From a virus (taxonomy: Duplodnaviria > Caudoviricetes): a DNA stretch of 36,087 nucleotides. The position numbers were made by a program, and so were the translations under genes. The notes beneath the pieces are model-generated. The model saw only the letters and a list, made by a program, of their open reading frames with translations, did no database searches and had not been told where the DNA came from. Location of the stretch: positions 1 to 36,087 of IMG/VR virus record IMGVR_UViG_3300033067_000649; one strand, written 5' to 3'. Numbering within the stretch: the stretch's first letter is position 1; every line of letters starts with the position of its first letter. This document shows, one piece after another, positions 16,380 through 25,695 of this stretch.

Positions 16380-17369
16380 ATGAATCGATGTAAAAAATGT
16401 GCTTTTCCATTAGGGACAAGACCTGGTATTTATGAAGAAAATGGTGTTTGTGGGGCGTGTATTAATCTTGAGCGGGCAAAGACTTTTGACTGGTCGAAAC
16501 GTGAACAAGACTTAAAAGCAATCTGTGATGAATTAAAATCACGAAAACAAGAATATGATTGCGTTGTAGGTGTCAGTGGGGGCAAGGACTCAACAGTAAT
16601 TGTCAGCACATTGGTTGAAAAGTACGGAATGAAACCACTATTAGTGACTGTCACAGATGAATTTAGTCATACAAAAGCCGGAACCCATAACTATATGAAT
16701 ATTTCAAAGCGATTTAATTTAGATCATATTACTTTTAGATGTGAGCCGCAGACTTTTGTCAAAGAGACTTTGAAAGATTTTAAAGAAACATTGCATCCTC
16801 TAAAATGGATTGAAGAAAAGATTTACTCTATTCCTGTTAAGGTTGCAAAGAACTTCGGGATTGATACAGTATTCTTTGGTGAGAACTCAGACTTTCAATA
16901 TGGATCAGTTAAAGAGCTTGATTATAAACGTCCCAACAATGACGGGATTAATATTTATTACTTTTTTGCGTTCTATAAATATTCAGAGCTTGGAAACCGT
17001 GCAAAGGCAAAAGAGTATGGATTTATTGATTTAGATGATACAGGTGAATGGTTACGCCAAGGACATATTGAGAACTACACACAACAAGACTCTATCGCTT
17101 ATGTAATTCAATTATGGACTAAATTTGTTAAATTTGGTTTTCAACGTGTTTCTGATATTGCATGTCGTTATGTCAGAGAAGGTCATTTAACTCGTGAGCA
17201 GGCTATGAGCTACATCGAAGAGAGAGACTGGCAGTGCGATCCTATGGCTAAGAGAGATTTTTGTCAGACTATCGGGATAAATGAAAAAGAGTTTAATGAA
17301 GTAGTTTCTAAGCATGCAAATAAGGACATAGTCGCTCAAGACGTGAATGGACAATGGAAGCATAAGTGA
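16380..17369 (+). CDS. N-acetyl sugar amidotransferase (WbuX/PseA/PtmG-like PP-loop)
   Basis: RCKKC...TRPG...CGAC, YDCVVGVSGGKDS, KFVKFGF, VREGHLTREQA. Confidence 0.88.
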   Translation: MNRCKKCAFPLGTRPGIYEENGVCGACINLERAKTFDWSKREQDLKAICDELKSRKQEYDCVVGVSGGKDSTVIVSTLVEKYGMKPLLVTVTDEFSHTKAGTHNYMNISKRFNLDHITFRCEPQTFVKETLKDFKETLHPLKWIEEKIYSIPVKVAKNFGIDTVFFGENSDFQYGSVKELDYKRPNNDGINIYYFFAFYKYSELGNRAKAKEYGFIDLDDTGEWLRQGHIENYTQQDSIAYVIQLWTKFVKFGFQRVSDIACRYVREGHLTREQAMSYIEERDWQCDPMAKRDFCQTIGINEKEFNEVVSKHANKDIVAQDVNGQWKHK

Positions 17370-17923
17370 TAGTTCATATCATCCAAGCACGGACAGAATC
17401 TACTCGCTTACCTGGTAAGGTCTGGAAAGAAATTAAAGGGAAGCCATTAATTGAATGGCACCTTATTAATACTATCTCGCCTTACCAGAGAGTCTTAGCG
17501 ATCCCTTACGGTGACCCTGAGACTGTTAGGTTTAGAAAGATCGCTCAGAAATACAACGCATGTCTAGCCATGCCTAAAGTTCCTGAGAATGATTTATTGA
17601 AAAGATTCATACAGGCTGGGAAAAGGTTTAATCCTGAGTGGGTTATAAGAACAACTGCTGACTGTTTTATGGATAACGAATGGTTTTTAAAAACAGTAGA
17701 AGCGGCGACTAGTTACGATATCCCTATTTTTAATACGTTTAAAGAGGGCTCATGTGTAGAAGTTTTTAAATATTCGTTTCTGCTTCGTGCTGATAAAGAG
17801 GTAAAATTAAAAGAACACCGTGAACATCCGACTCTATATTTCAGAAAAGGTTTTAAGAAAGAAAGCATAGACACATTAGAAGAGTTCAACAGATTAAAGA
17901 AAAGGATTGAAAATGGACAATAA
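17366..17923 (+). CDS. SpsF/PseF-type cytidylyltransferase (CMP-nonulosonate synthetase-like)
   Basis: IIQARTESTRLPGKV, ENDLLKRF, IRTTADC, HREHPT, SIDTLEEF. Confidence 0.87.
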   Translation: MIVHIIQARTESTRLPGKVWKEIKGKPLIEWHLINTISPYQRVLAIPYGDPETVRFRKIAQKYNACLAMPKVPENDLLKRFIQAGKRFNPEWVIRTTADCFMDNEWFLKTVEAATSYDIPIFNTFKEGSCVEVFKYSFLLRADKEVKLKEHREHPTLYFRKGFKKESIDTLEEFNRLKKRIENGQ

Positions 17924-18527
17924 TGAAAAGATGTGGGGCGGAGAATTTGGGTTGATGTATACGTTAAGGCAGAAAATAAATATAGATGAGCGATATAAGA
18001 TATGGGAAAAGCTTTTAAGTAAACTTAATGGGATCGGTAATGTTCTAGAGATTGGGAGTAATGAAGGTAATAATCTTTTTTGCGTTCAGAATATTCTAAA
18101 CTTTAATCACTCTAATACAAGAAACATGTTAAATGTTTGTGGTGTAGAAATTAACGAAAGCTCTGCTAATTTAACAAGAAATCTAACAATTATAGGATCG
18201 GCTTATAACGTCCCGTTATTATCAGGAAAGTTTGATTTAGTATTCACTTCAGGTGTTTTAATCCACTTAGAAGACACACTTAAAGCAATGAAAGAAATCT
18301 ATCGATTATCTAATAGATATATTCTAAGCATTGAATATTTTGATGATAAGGAAAGAAAAATAGAATATAGAGATGGGGTGTATTGTAGTGCAAAGCCTTT
18401 TGATCGCTTGTGGCTTGATAATTTTGATCTTGATTTGGTTGAACTGGGAGATATGAAAGACTTCGGTTTAGATGACGGGACAGATTTTAGTCGTAACTGT
18501 AAGTATGCGATTTTTAAGAAGCCATGA
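17913..18527 (+). CDS. pseudaminic acid biosynthesis-associated SAM methyltransferase
   Basis: WGGEFGLMYTLR, VLEIGSNEGNNL, GVEIN, FDLVFTSGVLIH, YILSIEYF, IEYR. Confidence 0.85.
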   Translation: MDNNEKMWGGEFGLMYTLRQKINIDERYKIWEKLLSKLNGIGNVLEIGSNEGNNLFCVQNILNFNHSNTRNMLNVCGVEINESSANLTRNLTIIGSAYNVPLLSGKFDLVFTSGVLIHLEDTLKAMKEIYRLSNRYILSIEYFDDKERKIEYRDGVYCSAKPFDRLWLDNFDLDLVELGDMKDFGLDDGTDFSRNCKYAIFKKP

Positions 18528-19561
18528 AAGTTTACTATAAACTTAGAAGTAATTTATTAAACGACTTACTCCCTAGGATTGAGTACACAAATAACCTTTT
18601 AGAGGCTGATGTATTCTTAACTTGGAATTCGGTACTGAAAGAACACACCAGAAACATAGAGTTAGCTAAGGAATATAACATCCCATCATTTGTCTACAAT
18701 CACGGGTTAATGGGAGAGCATGATCACGACCCGAACGTCATCGATCACCTAACTGGGCAGAACGGAAAGCCTATGATCGCTGATTACTACTTAACATGGG
18801 GACAAGCTGGGAAAGACATATTGATTAGATCGAACATCCCTGAAGAGAAAATCAAGATCACTGGATGCCCGATACTTTGGCAGCATCAATACTGGTATAA
18901 ATATAAAGAGATGGTTACTAGACCGCTAGGGTTCAGAGTTGATCATATAGTTGATCCGGTAACTAAAGAGAAATGGGAGCTGTGCAAAGAAGAACATAAG
19001 CCTGTTAAGTATGACGGAAAAGGTCAACTGATAACATTCTTTCCTAACCACTCAATGCACTACATAGAAAGAACACGAGAGACATATAACCAGATAAAAG
19101 ACTTTCCGAATCTATTTATTAAAGCAGTCCCAGAACATGCAAACTGGACCGACTCACCTTTTAAGGCTTTGGATTCAGAGGACCGTCACCAAAAGATTAT
19201 GTTCATTGATCCGCAACTCCCACAAAACTTAAATCTAGTTCAAGAAGTATTGAGGAAGACAAAGATTATTGTGACTGACGTGCCAGGAACCATCCAACTC
19301 CAAGCATGGTCGGCGGGGTGTCATGTGGTGATCCCTAAATACGATTGGGGAGTAGAATTCAAGAAAGACGGATCGATGTACACTGAGGCCGATTGTGTAT
19401 GTGAGCCGGACAAAGTAAAAGAAACTATTGATGACATTTTAAGTGGTAAGATAGACAAGACAAAAGAAATGGCAAGAATGGCTGAACTTCATGGAGCGTT
19501 AAGTTTAGGGAATCCGACAGATAATTTTCTGGGGGCTTTAAATGTTCGAAACGCAGTATAA
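18524..19561 (+). CDS. GT-B fold protein, putative glycosyltransferase or nucleotide-sugar hydrolase
   Basis: YNHG, ADYYLTWG, IPEEKIKITGCP pattern of surface-glycan GT-B proteins; last gene of the sugar operon. Confidence 0.65.
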   Translation: MKVYYKLRSNLLNDLLPRIEYTNNLLEADVFLTWNSVLKEHTRNIELAKEYNIPSFVYNHGLMGEHDHDPNVIDHLTGQNGKPMIADYYLTWGQAGKDILIRSNIPEEKIKITGCPILWQHQYWYKYKEMVTRPLGFRVDHIVDPVTKEKWELCKEEHKPVKYDGKGQLITFFPNHSMHYIERTRETYNQIKDFPNLFIKAVPEHANWTDSPFKALDSEDRHQKIMFIDPQLPQNLNLVQEVLRKTKIIVTDVPGTIQLQAWSAGCHVVIPKYDWGVEFKKDGSMYTEADCVCEPDKVKETIDDILSGKIDKTKEMARMAELHGALSLGNPTDNFLGALNVRNAV

Positions 19562-19964
19562 AGAACTAATTAAAAGCAAATCTCACTGGGAGAAAATTAA
19601 AAAGATTCTAGATGAAACTAACCCTGAATCTGGGAAACTTCCAGAGCATAAAACAGTAAACATTGACCCCGACATATTCCCTGATGAATTAAAGCATGAA
19701 GCTGTGCTGATCACTGAAGAGATGGCGTTAACAACGGTATTTAAGAACATCCAAAAACTAGACCCGATAGACGCCTACATAGTTAGGCATTCATTTGGGC
19801 TCCCTAAAGACTATTCTGGAAACTCTTACTATCAAGTTAAGACTAGAAAAGAGATTGCAAAGGAATTAGAATTAGAGGCAAGAGACATTATTTGGATAAG
19901 GCATGAAGCAGTTCAGAAATTATTCAGTATGCTCTTGGGTGGCGAGTCAGTCGAAGGACGTTAA
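19542..19964 (+). CDS. sigma70 region-4-like HTH protein, putative late transcription regulator
   Basis: IQKLDPIDAYIVRHSFGL...KTRKEIAKELEL...IRHEAVQKL; sits before terS. Confidence 0.72.
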   Translation: MFETQYKELIKSKSHWEKIKKILDETNPESGKLPEHKTVNIDPDIFPDELKHEAVLITEEMALTTVFKNIQKLDPIDAYIVRHSFGLPKDYSGNSYYQVKTRKEIAKELELEARDIIWIRHEAVQKLFSMLLGGESVEGR

Positions 19965-19967
19965 ACT

Positions 19968-20141
19968 ATGTTTTTTAATTTTAAACAAAAAGAAATACCA
20001 AAAACTAAAAGACCTACTCTAACTTTAGAGCATGAGATTATTTTGCATAAACTTGGACATATAGGAGTTACGGAGTTAACTGACGATGCTTTAAATGTTA
20101 TGATCAGAATTAAAATGGCTGAGCTATATAAAAAGGCTTAA
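19968..20141 (+). CDS. hypothetical 57-aa protein
   Basis: Fills the gap before terS; MFFNFKQKEIPK...; not in ORF track. Confidence 0.5.
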   Translation: MFFNFKQKEIPKTKRPTLTLEHEIILHKLGHIGVTELTDDALNVMIRIKMAELYKKA

Positions 20142-20142
20142 T

Positions 20143-20517
20143 ATGGCATCTCAAAAGATAAAACTAACAGACGAAATTTCCGCAAAAGAGTGGTCCTACG
20201 ATGAAATAGAAGACCTTATGGCTATGGCTATAACACAGGGAAGACTTGCTGATTTTTTAAAGGTTGACCAAGATACAGTTTCGAGACAAAAAGAACGTGA
20301 CCCTAAATTTGCGGAAGCCATCAGGAGAGGAAAAAGAAAAGCAACCCAACCTGTTACTAAAGCTTTAATGGAACTAGCTACGGATAAGAAGGACTTAGGA
20401 GCTATTAAGTATGTTCTTAATAACGTAGAGGGTGATGAATGGTCGGAGAAGACTAAAACCGAAGTAAAGGCTGAAGTAGTTAACATCTCAAATATACTTA
20501 ATGAATTAGAAAAGTGA
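20143..20517 (+). CDS. terS: terminase small subunit
   Basis: HTH-like N-terminus, PKFAEAIRRGK, AIKYVLNN...W; GTGA-coupled to TerL. Confidence 0.78.
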   Translation: MASQKIKLTDEISAKEWSYDEIEDLMAMAITQGRLADFLKVDQDTVSRQKERDPKFAEAIRRGKRKATQPVTKALMELATDKKDLGAIKYVLNNVEGDEWSEKTKTEVKAEVVNISNILNELEK

Positions 20518-21977
20518 TCGATCCAAGGCTTAGAGATAAGTACTGGAGAATCACCCACCTCTACAAGATCATCAATAAGGATGGGAAGAGTCAAAGATTC
20601 ACGTTAAACACCGAGCAAGAAACATTATTTAAACTTTATCAGGATAAGAAGAAATCACATGGACTTAGAGAAAGAATTCTTAAAGACCGTCAAATAGGAA
20701 TAACAACCTTCCACTGTATCTATTATCTCGATGAAGTGATATTCAACCGTAACAGACAAGCTGCAATCATTGCGCACCGTAGGGATGCTTTAGAGAGAAT
20801 CTTTAGAGTTGTGAAGTACGCATGGCAATCAATGCCACCAGAACTCAGACCACAAGCAAGCATGGAGAATAAGAGAGAGTTAAAGCTATTAGAACCCAAT
20901 AGCTCGATATACATTGAATTAAAGGTTCGATCTGGAACAGTTCATCACTTACACGTTTCCGAAGTGGCATATATTGATAACCAAAAGGAATTGAAGGCGG
21001 GTTCGTTTCAGTCAGTACCTTACAACGGAGATATCACACTTGAGACTACAGGGAACGGCATCAATGAATTCTATACAGACTGGCATTCAGCTAACACATT
21101 ATGGTCGAATCATTTCTTTTCGTGGTTACAGCATTCAGCATATAAGTCACCTACTCACCGGACAGGGAAGCATGAGGAGTATCTAAACAAGATAGGAGCA
21201 ACTCAGGAGCAAAAAAACTGGTGGTATGGGAAGCTAGAGGAAATAGGGTTTGATGTTGAGATCATGAAACAAGAATACCCTGCAAACTCTGAGGAAGCGT
21301 TCATAACGTCTGGTAAAGGAATCTATAACGACGAACTTCAGGACATGGGAATTCTTAAGCCTTTAGAAACTCCGGACGATCTTTATAAAGACTACCTAAT
21401 GGTATTCGAACACCCAGAGGAAGGCGCACAGTATTGTTTGGGTGCCGATCCTAGTGGTGGATTCTCAGACGGTGATAATGCGTGCTTTTACATATTCAAC
21501 TCAAAGACTCACAAACCTGCAATGAGGTGGAAGGGAAGACTAGCGCCTGACTTGTTTGGTTTAGAAATAAAGAGATGGGCAGAAAAGTATAACGAGGCAT
21601 TTGTTGGCATTGAAGTAAATAATCATGGGCTCACGACAATCAACACGATTAAAGATGACTACTCAAATATGTATAAACGAGAGAGACGGGACAGGGTAAC
21701 AAACGAGGTCACTAAAGAGTTAGGATGGCAGACCACTGAAGTATCACGACGGGAAATAATCGATCGCATTCGTCTATATCTCAGAGAGCATAATGAGATT
21801 CCAGAATCACTAATGGGAGAACTTAGGACATTTGTACGAAAAGATAACGGAAAGATCGAAGCTGAAGACGGACAACACGACGACGAAGTCCTAGCATTTG
21901 GAATTGGCCTAATGGTTACAGATAGCAACCCATACTTTGAATTTAAAAAGAAAGAGCGAACATATTTCGGGCATTAA
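20514..21977 (+). CDS. terL: terminase large subunit
   Basis: LKDRQIGIT (Walker A), LHVSEVA (Walker B), LETT, QEYP, GADPS, EVNNHG, HDDEV. Confidence 0.92.
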   Translation: MIDPRLRDKYWRITHLYKIINKDGKSQRFTLNTEQETLFKLYQDKKKSHGLRERILKDRQIGITTFHCIYYLDEVIFNRNRQAAIIAHRRDALERIFRVVKYAWQSMPPELRPQASMENKRELKLLEPNSSIYIELKVRSGTVHHLHVSEVAYIDNQKELKAGSFQSVPYNGDITLETTGNGINEFYTDWHSANTLWSNHFFSWLQHSAYKSPTHRTGKHEEYLNKIGATQEQKNWWYGKLEEIGFDVEIMKQEYPANSEEAFITSGKGIYNDELQDMGILKPLETPDDLYKDYLMVFEHPEEGAQYCLGADPSGGFSDGDNACFYIFNSKTHKPAMRWKGRLAPDLFGLEIKRWAEKYNEAFVGIEVNNHGLTTINTIKDDYSNMYKRERRDRVTNEVTKELGWQTTEVSRREIIDRIRLYLREHNEIPESLMGELRTFVRKDNGKIEAEDGQHDDEVLAFGIGLMVTDSNPYFEFKKKERTYFGH

Positions 21978-22006
21978 GTTTTAATTCATAAACCCCATCA
22001 TTAAGC

Positions 22007-22058
22007 CTTATGCACAATATATAAACCCATTCGCTTGCCTATTTACGGTTAATAGGAG
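22007..22058 (+). promoter_or_regulatory. candidate late promoter motif, copy 1
   Basis: CTTAT-N24-TGCCTATTTACGGTTAATAGGAG, repeated at 34874 with identical spacing. Confidence 0.55.
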
Positions 22059-22063
22059 GCGCC

Positions 22064-22243
22064 ATGGCAGAAAAAAAAGCAAAATCGGGACCCGACAAAG
22101 CGGTCATCAATCAACTTCTCAGCCAGTTAGGTTATTTCAGCAAAGATGCTTCAGGTCCGTTAGGGATCGAAGAACGTCTTAACATTGCTAGTTATAACGT
22201 ACACGTCTTAAAACAAATCATTACAGAGTTAATAAAGGAGTAA
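22064..22243 (+). CDS. hypothetical 59-aa protein
   Basis: AGGAGG SD; MAEKKAKSGPDKAVINQ...; not in ORF track. Confidence 0.7.
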   Translation: MAEKKAKSGPDKAVINQLLSQLGYFSKDASGPLGIEERLNIASYNVHVLKQIITELIKE

Positions 22244-22245
22244 TC

Positions 22246-22404
22246 ATGGCACAAGATCCAAGACCATTTGTAGATCGTAACGCAGGAAACCCAACTAATA
22301 AAATTATGCAGCAAACAGTGACTAAGATTAGTTCTAACAAAACTGTTCAGAACTTCACGATTCCTAAGAATATGGGACCTGCAAATAACCCTAAACGAAA
22401 ATGA
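22246..22404 (+). CDS. hypothetical 52-aa low-complexity basic protein
   Basis: AAGGAG SD; MAQDPRPFVDRNAGNP...; not in ORF track. Confidence 0.65.
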   Translation: MAQDPRPFVDRNAGNPTNKIMQQTVTKISSNKTVQNFTIPKNMGPANNPKRK

Positions 22405-22556
22405 AAAAATTAGAGGACTTGCTTAAGGCAAAGATATCTAAACCTACTCAAAGCGTTTACACAAAAGAGGCTATTAAAGCCGCTTATGAAAAGACAGCTG
22501 ACCAAAGATATTGGACAGATCACGTCCGGAAAGTAGAGATCACTCGTGGCTTCTGA
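22401..22556 (+). CDS. hypothetical 51-aa protein
   Basis: ATGA-coupled; overlaps portal start; not in ORF track. Confidence 0.5.
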   Translation: MKKLEDLLKAKISKPTQSVYTKEAIKAAYEKTADQRYWTDHVRKVEITRGF

Positions 22557-24735
22557 AGCAGGCATACCCGCTACCGTAAACGAATCACAGGGGAAAGTTC
22601 TCCCTCAATTTGAATTAACTGAGGAGCTATTAGGTCAGGCTTCACAGTTCGTTATGAACTACAAGACTCTCTATGAATCACAAAGATATTCGATCCAAGA
22701 ACAGAACACTAACCGTCAATCATGGCGTGACAGACTTATATCTATGGACCGTGCCTATCGTGCGATCCTAGAACCTAACAGGGCATATAAAGGTTTCAAC
22801 GATAAGGCTTCACCGATCATCCATAACAATATTGAGATGTTAGTAGCTCGCATGAAGGAATCAATTATATTCAGTAAACCTGATGACATGGTAAAGATAG
22901 ATACCAAGTTACCAACTAAAGAATACAGACAGAATCAAATCAACGACCAGTTAGAGAAACAAAACGTAGAAGAAAAGATTGAAAGATTCGTAAGGTCAGC
23001 CGCAAAGTTTGGTACAGCGTGGATTAAGGTTCCATTAGTAAACAAAGAACGTACTGTACTTACCCAACAGATGGTAACCATTACAGAGCAAGTGCCTATC
23101 GTTGACGATGCGAATAACCAGATCATGGACCCGAACACAAATCAACCGATGTTTCATGAGACTCAAAGACAAGAATTACAGATCGTCCCTCAAGTGGATA
23201 AAAAGTATTTTGGCCCTGGCTACGAAGTCATTGAAGACTTAGAACGTATCTATGCCGACGTGTTCATTGAGAACCCACAAGATCAACCGATCATCATTGA
23301 AGAGCTGATCGTATCTTGGGAGCATTTAATGCAAGGCGTTGAAAAGGGTATTTACTTAGAGGATCAAGTCGCAAAGATTAAAGGTAAACAGATGAGTTCC
23401 GGACTTGGGTTCGGATCATGGAACGCTACTCGTTCAGAAACTATCTGGGGGAACGTAGGGATTAACTTTAATAACCAAATGAGTTCATCTCAGAACAAAC
23501 CAAAAGAGTACAGAATGTATCAAGCATGGTGTGACTTCGGAATCCCTTACACTGATGAAAACGGCGACACACAACAAAGAGTATATCCATGTGTGATTTC
23601 AGTGATCGAAGGCACAGTAATTCAGATCGCACCTAACCCGTTCTTTCATCAAATGAAACCGTTTATAAAAGGTGTATGGCATAGAATCGAGGGTGAGTGT
23701 TATGGACAGTCGGCTATTGATCCTGTATTGGGTCTCTACCAAGCTTATAACGACACTCTTAATCAAGTTGAGGATAATAAGATTCTCAAGCTCAACGGTA
23801 TCACGATTACTAAAGCGGGTAACATCGCAGACAAACAAGACTTTAAAGTTGGTGCTGGTGAGGTTTGGTATGAAAAAGAAACTGGCGATATTCGTCCTTA
23901 TATTATCGACTTCCCAATGGCTGAAGGTGTTCAGTACCTTAATCAGCTAGAAGAACAAATTAACCGTGGGATGGGGATCACTTCACTCATGCAAGGTTCT
24001 GGTGATTCAACGGACGCAGACAAAACTTGGAGAGGGATAACTAAAGTAATCGCAGAATCTGAAAAGCAATTCAAGTTAGTCGCTAAGGGAATAGAGGACG
24101 CTTGTGTCAGACAATGGGCTGAACTCGCACTAAAAACAAATATCCAATTTGATCCGTTACCTGTTGGAGTTGAGACATTCGAAACAATTAACTCTGAGGC
24201 GGGGATTACAGTTTACGGAGTTGATTCATACTTCCAAACAAAAGAGGACATCGAAAAGATGCAGATGATGATCCCTCAACTGGCACAGATACCTGGCTTT
24301 AATATCCCAGGGCTTGCACAGTCAGCCGTTGATTTGATGCGTCTTAACTACGATGCTGAGAAATACGGACCGATCTATACACCACCGCAGCCAACCCCAC
24401 CACCTGTGAAGGAAATCAATACTTCGGTATCAATGCCGATCGATATGTCTAAAGGTCCGACACAACTATTCACAATGGCACAGATTCTTAAACAACGTGG
24501 CATCGACTTAAACATCGATTCGATTGCTGAAGCTACTAAGTTCTTTGTTGACTTCGTAGACCCAGAAACAAAGAGTCAATCTGGCGTACTTCCACCTTCT
24601 TATGACTCATACGCAAACAGTGATAAACGAAATAAAGAGATCAAGAGAGATATGTATAGCAAAGAACTTATTGAAGACGAAAAAGAAGACGAGTCAATGG
24701 AAGAAGAAGCAACGGAAGAACCTGAAAATGATTAG
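22546..24735 (+). CDS. portal protein (P22/SU10-like)
   Basis: 729 aa after TerL; FGTAWIKV, NPFFHQMKPFI, CYGQSAIDP...Q..YN..LNQ..DN. Confidence 0.88.
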   Translation: MASEAGIPATVNESQGKVLPQFELTEELLGQASQFVMNYKTLYESQRYSIQEQNTNRQSWRDRLISMDRAYRAILEPNRAYKGFNDKASPIIHNNIEMLVARMKESIIFSKPDDMVKIDTKLPTKEYRQNQINDQLEKQNVEEKIERFVRSAAKFGTAWIKVPLVNKERTVLTQQMVTITEQVPIVDDANNQIMDPNTNQPMFHETQRQELQIVPQVDKKYFGPGYEVIEDLERIYADVFIENPQDQPIIIEELIVSWEHLMQGVEKGIYLEDQVAKIKGKQMSSGLGFGSWNATRSETIWGNVGINFNNQMSSSQNKPKEYRMYQAWCDFGIPYTDENGDTQQRVYPCVISVIEGTVIQIAPNPFFHQMKPFIKGVWHRIEGECYGQSAIDPVLGLYQAYNDTLNQVEDNKILKLNGITITKAGNIADKQDFKVGAGEVWYEKETGDIRPYIIDFPMAEGVQYLNQLEEQINRGMGITSLMQGSGDSTDADKTWRGITKVIAESEKQFKLVAKGIEDACVRQWAELALKTNIQFDPLPVGVETFETINSEAGITVYGVDSYFQTKEDIEKMQMMIPQLAQIPGFNIPGLAQSAVDLMRLNYDAEKYGPIYTPPQPTPPPVKEINTSVSMPIDMSKGPTQLFTMAQILKQRGIDLNIDSIAEATKFFVDFVDPETKSQSGVLPPSYDSYANSDKRNKEIKRDMYSKELIEDEKEDESMEEEATEEPEND

Positions 24736-24940
24736 AGATTTAATTTCTAACCTACGTTTAGAAGGTCGCTGGCAGGAAATAGAGAAAGCATTGAAAGACA
24801 TGAAACAAGATGTAGTGAATGAAATGTTAAACGGAGAGATTAAAACACAATCTGATTTAGATAAGGCGAACGCTCGCCTTGAGGTACTAGATCAGGTTTT
24901 AAATTTAGAGTTCAAGAAAGAGGGGGTGAAACCTCTATAA
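24728..24940 (+). CDS. small helical protein between portal and scaffold
   Basis: ATG24728 overlapping portal stop; GRWQEIEKAL...ARLEVL; position typical of podovirus head modules. Confidence 0.65.
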   Translation: MIRDLISNLRLEGRWQEIEKALKDMKQDVVNEMLNGEIKTQSDLDKANARLEVLDQVLNLEFKKEGVKPL

Positions 24941-24946
24941 AAAGCC

Positions 24947-24993
24947 CATCGCAGGATGTAAAGCTGAATTCGTCACACCGACGTTAAAGGAGT
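24947..24993 (+). promoter_or_regulatory. tandem mini-hairpin/pseudoknot element over the scaffold RBS
   Basis: CATC-GCAG-GATG-TAAA-GCTG and CGTC-ACACC-GACG-TTAAA-GGAGT. Confidence 0.45.
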
Positions 24994-24997
24994 AGAA

Positions 24998-25681
24998 ATG
25001 GATAATATTAATCAGGCAGCACAGCCTGTCAATCAGCCGGTAGCTCAACCGCAAGAGCAGGTACAGCAAGCACCCCAAGCAATCCCTTACGATAGATTCG
25101 CAAGTGTGATCGCTGAAAGAAATTCATTGCGAGACCAATTAAACCAGGTTGCTGGTCAAATTGCTCAGGCTCAACCACAGCCGTCAAACTCAGTAGGTGG
25201 AATCAATACAGTCGAAGATTTGCTCAGTGTTGTCGAACAGAAAGTTTCCGCCCGCTTAGGCGACGCCGAAAGAACACGTTTGCAACCACTTGAAAACCAA
25301 CTCAAAGACTATCGATTCCAGAACACTGTAGAAGGTTATTTCGCTAGTAGTCCTGAGAAGGCACAACTTCGACAAGATATGGATGCTTACACCGCTTCTC
25401 TTACACCTCAAGAACAAGCGTTCTTAAAAGACTCCATAGCTAACGGACGAACGCAATGGCTAGACAATATTTATCATTCTGTTGCGATGCAAAAACAAAA
25501 CAGTTTGGTAAATCAAGCTACCCAACAATCGCACCAAAATGCGGGTATTGCACAAACCCCTACGCAATATCGAACTATGGGACAGGTAGAACCGACACTA
25601 GGAGACAAGATCAATCAAGCTAAACAAACTAGAGATTGGTCATCTGTTTTTCAAAGCATGGTCCCGCCGTCTAGGGGGTAA
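24998..25681 (+). CDS. capsid scaffolding protein
   Basis: Q/P-rich N-terminus, IPYDRF motif, coiled-coil; directly before the capsid gene. Confidence 0.8.
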   Translation: MDNINQAAQPVNQPVAQPQEQVQQAPQAIPYDRFASVIAERNSLRDQLNQVAGQIAQAQPQPSNSVGGINTVEDLLSVVEQKVSARLGDAERTRLQPLENQLKDYRFQNTVEGYFASSPEKAQLRQDMDAYTASLTPQEQAFLKDSIANGRTQWLDNIYHSVAMQKQNSLVNQATQQSHQNAGIAQTPTQYRTMGQVEPTLGDKINQAKQTRDWSSVFQSMVPPSRG

Positions 25682-25695
25682 GAAAGAGATTTATC

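Noticed and set aside
12651-19561. Sugar operon as flanking host chromosome (prophage boundary)
   Set aside because: Flanked on both sides by phage genes in the same orientation, overlapping the late regulator, with shortened enzymes and no att site or integrase seen
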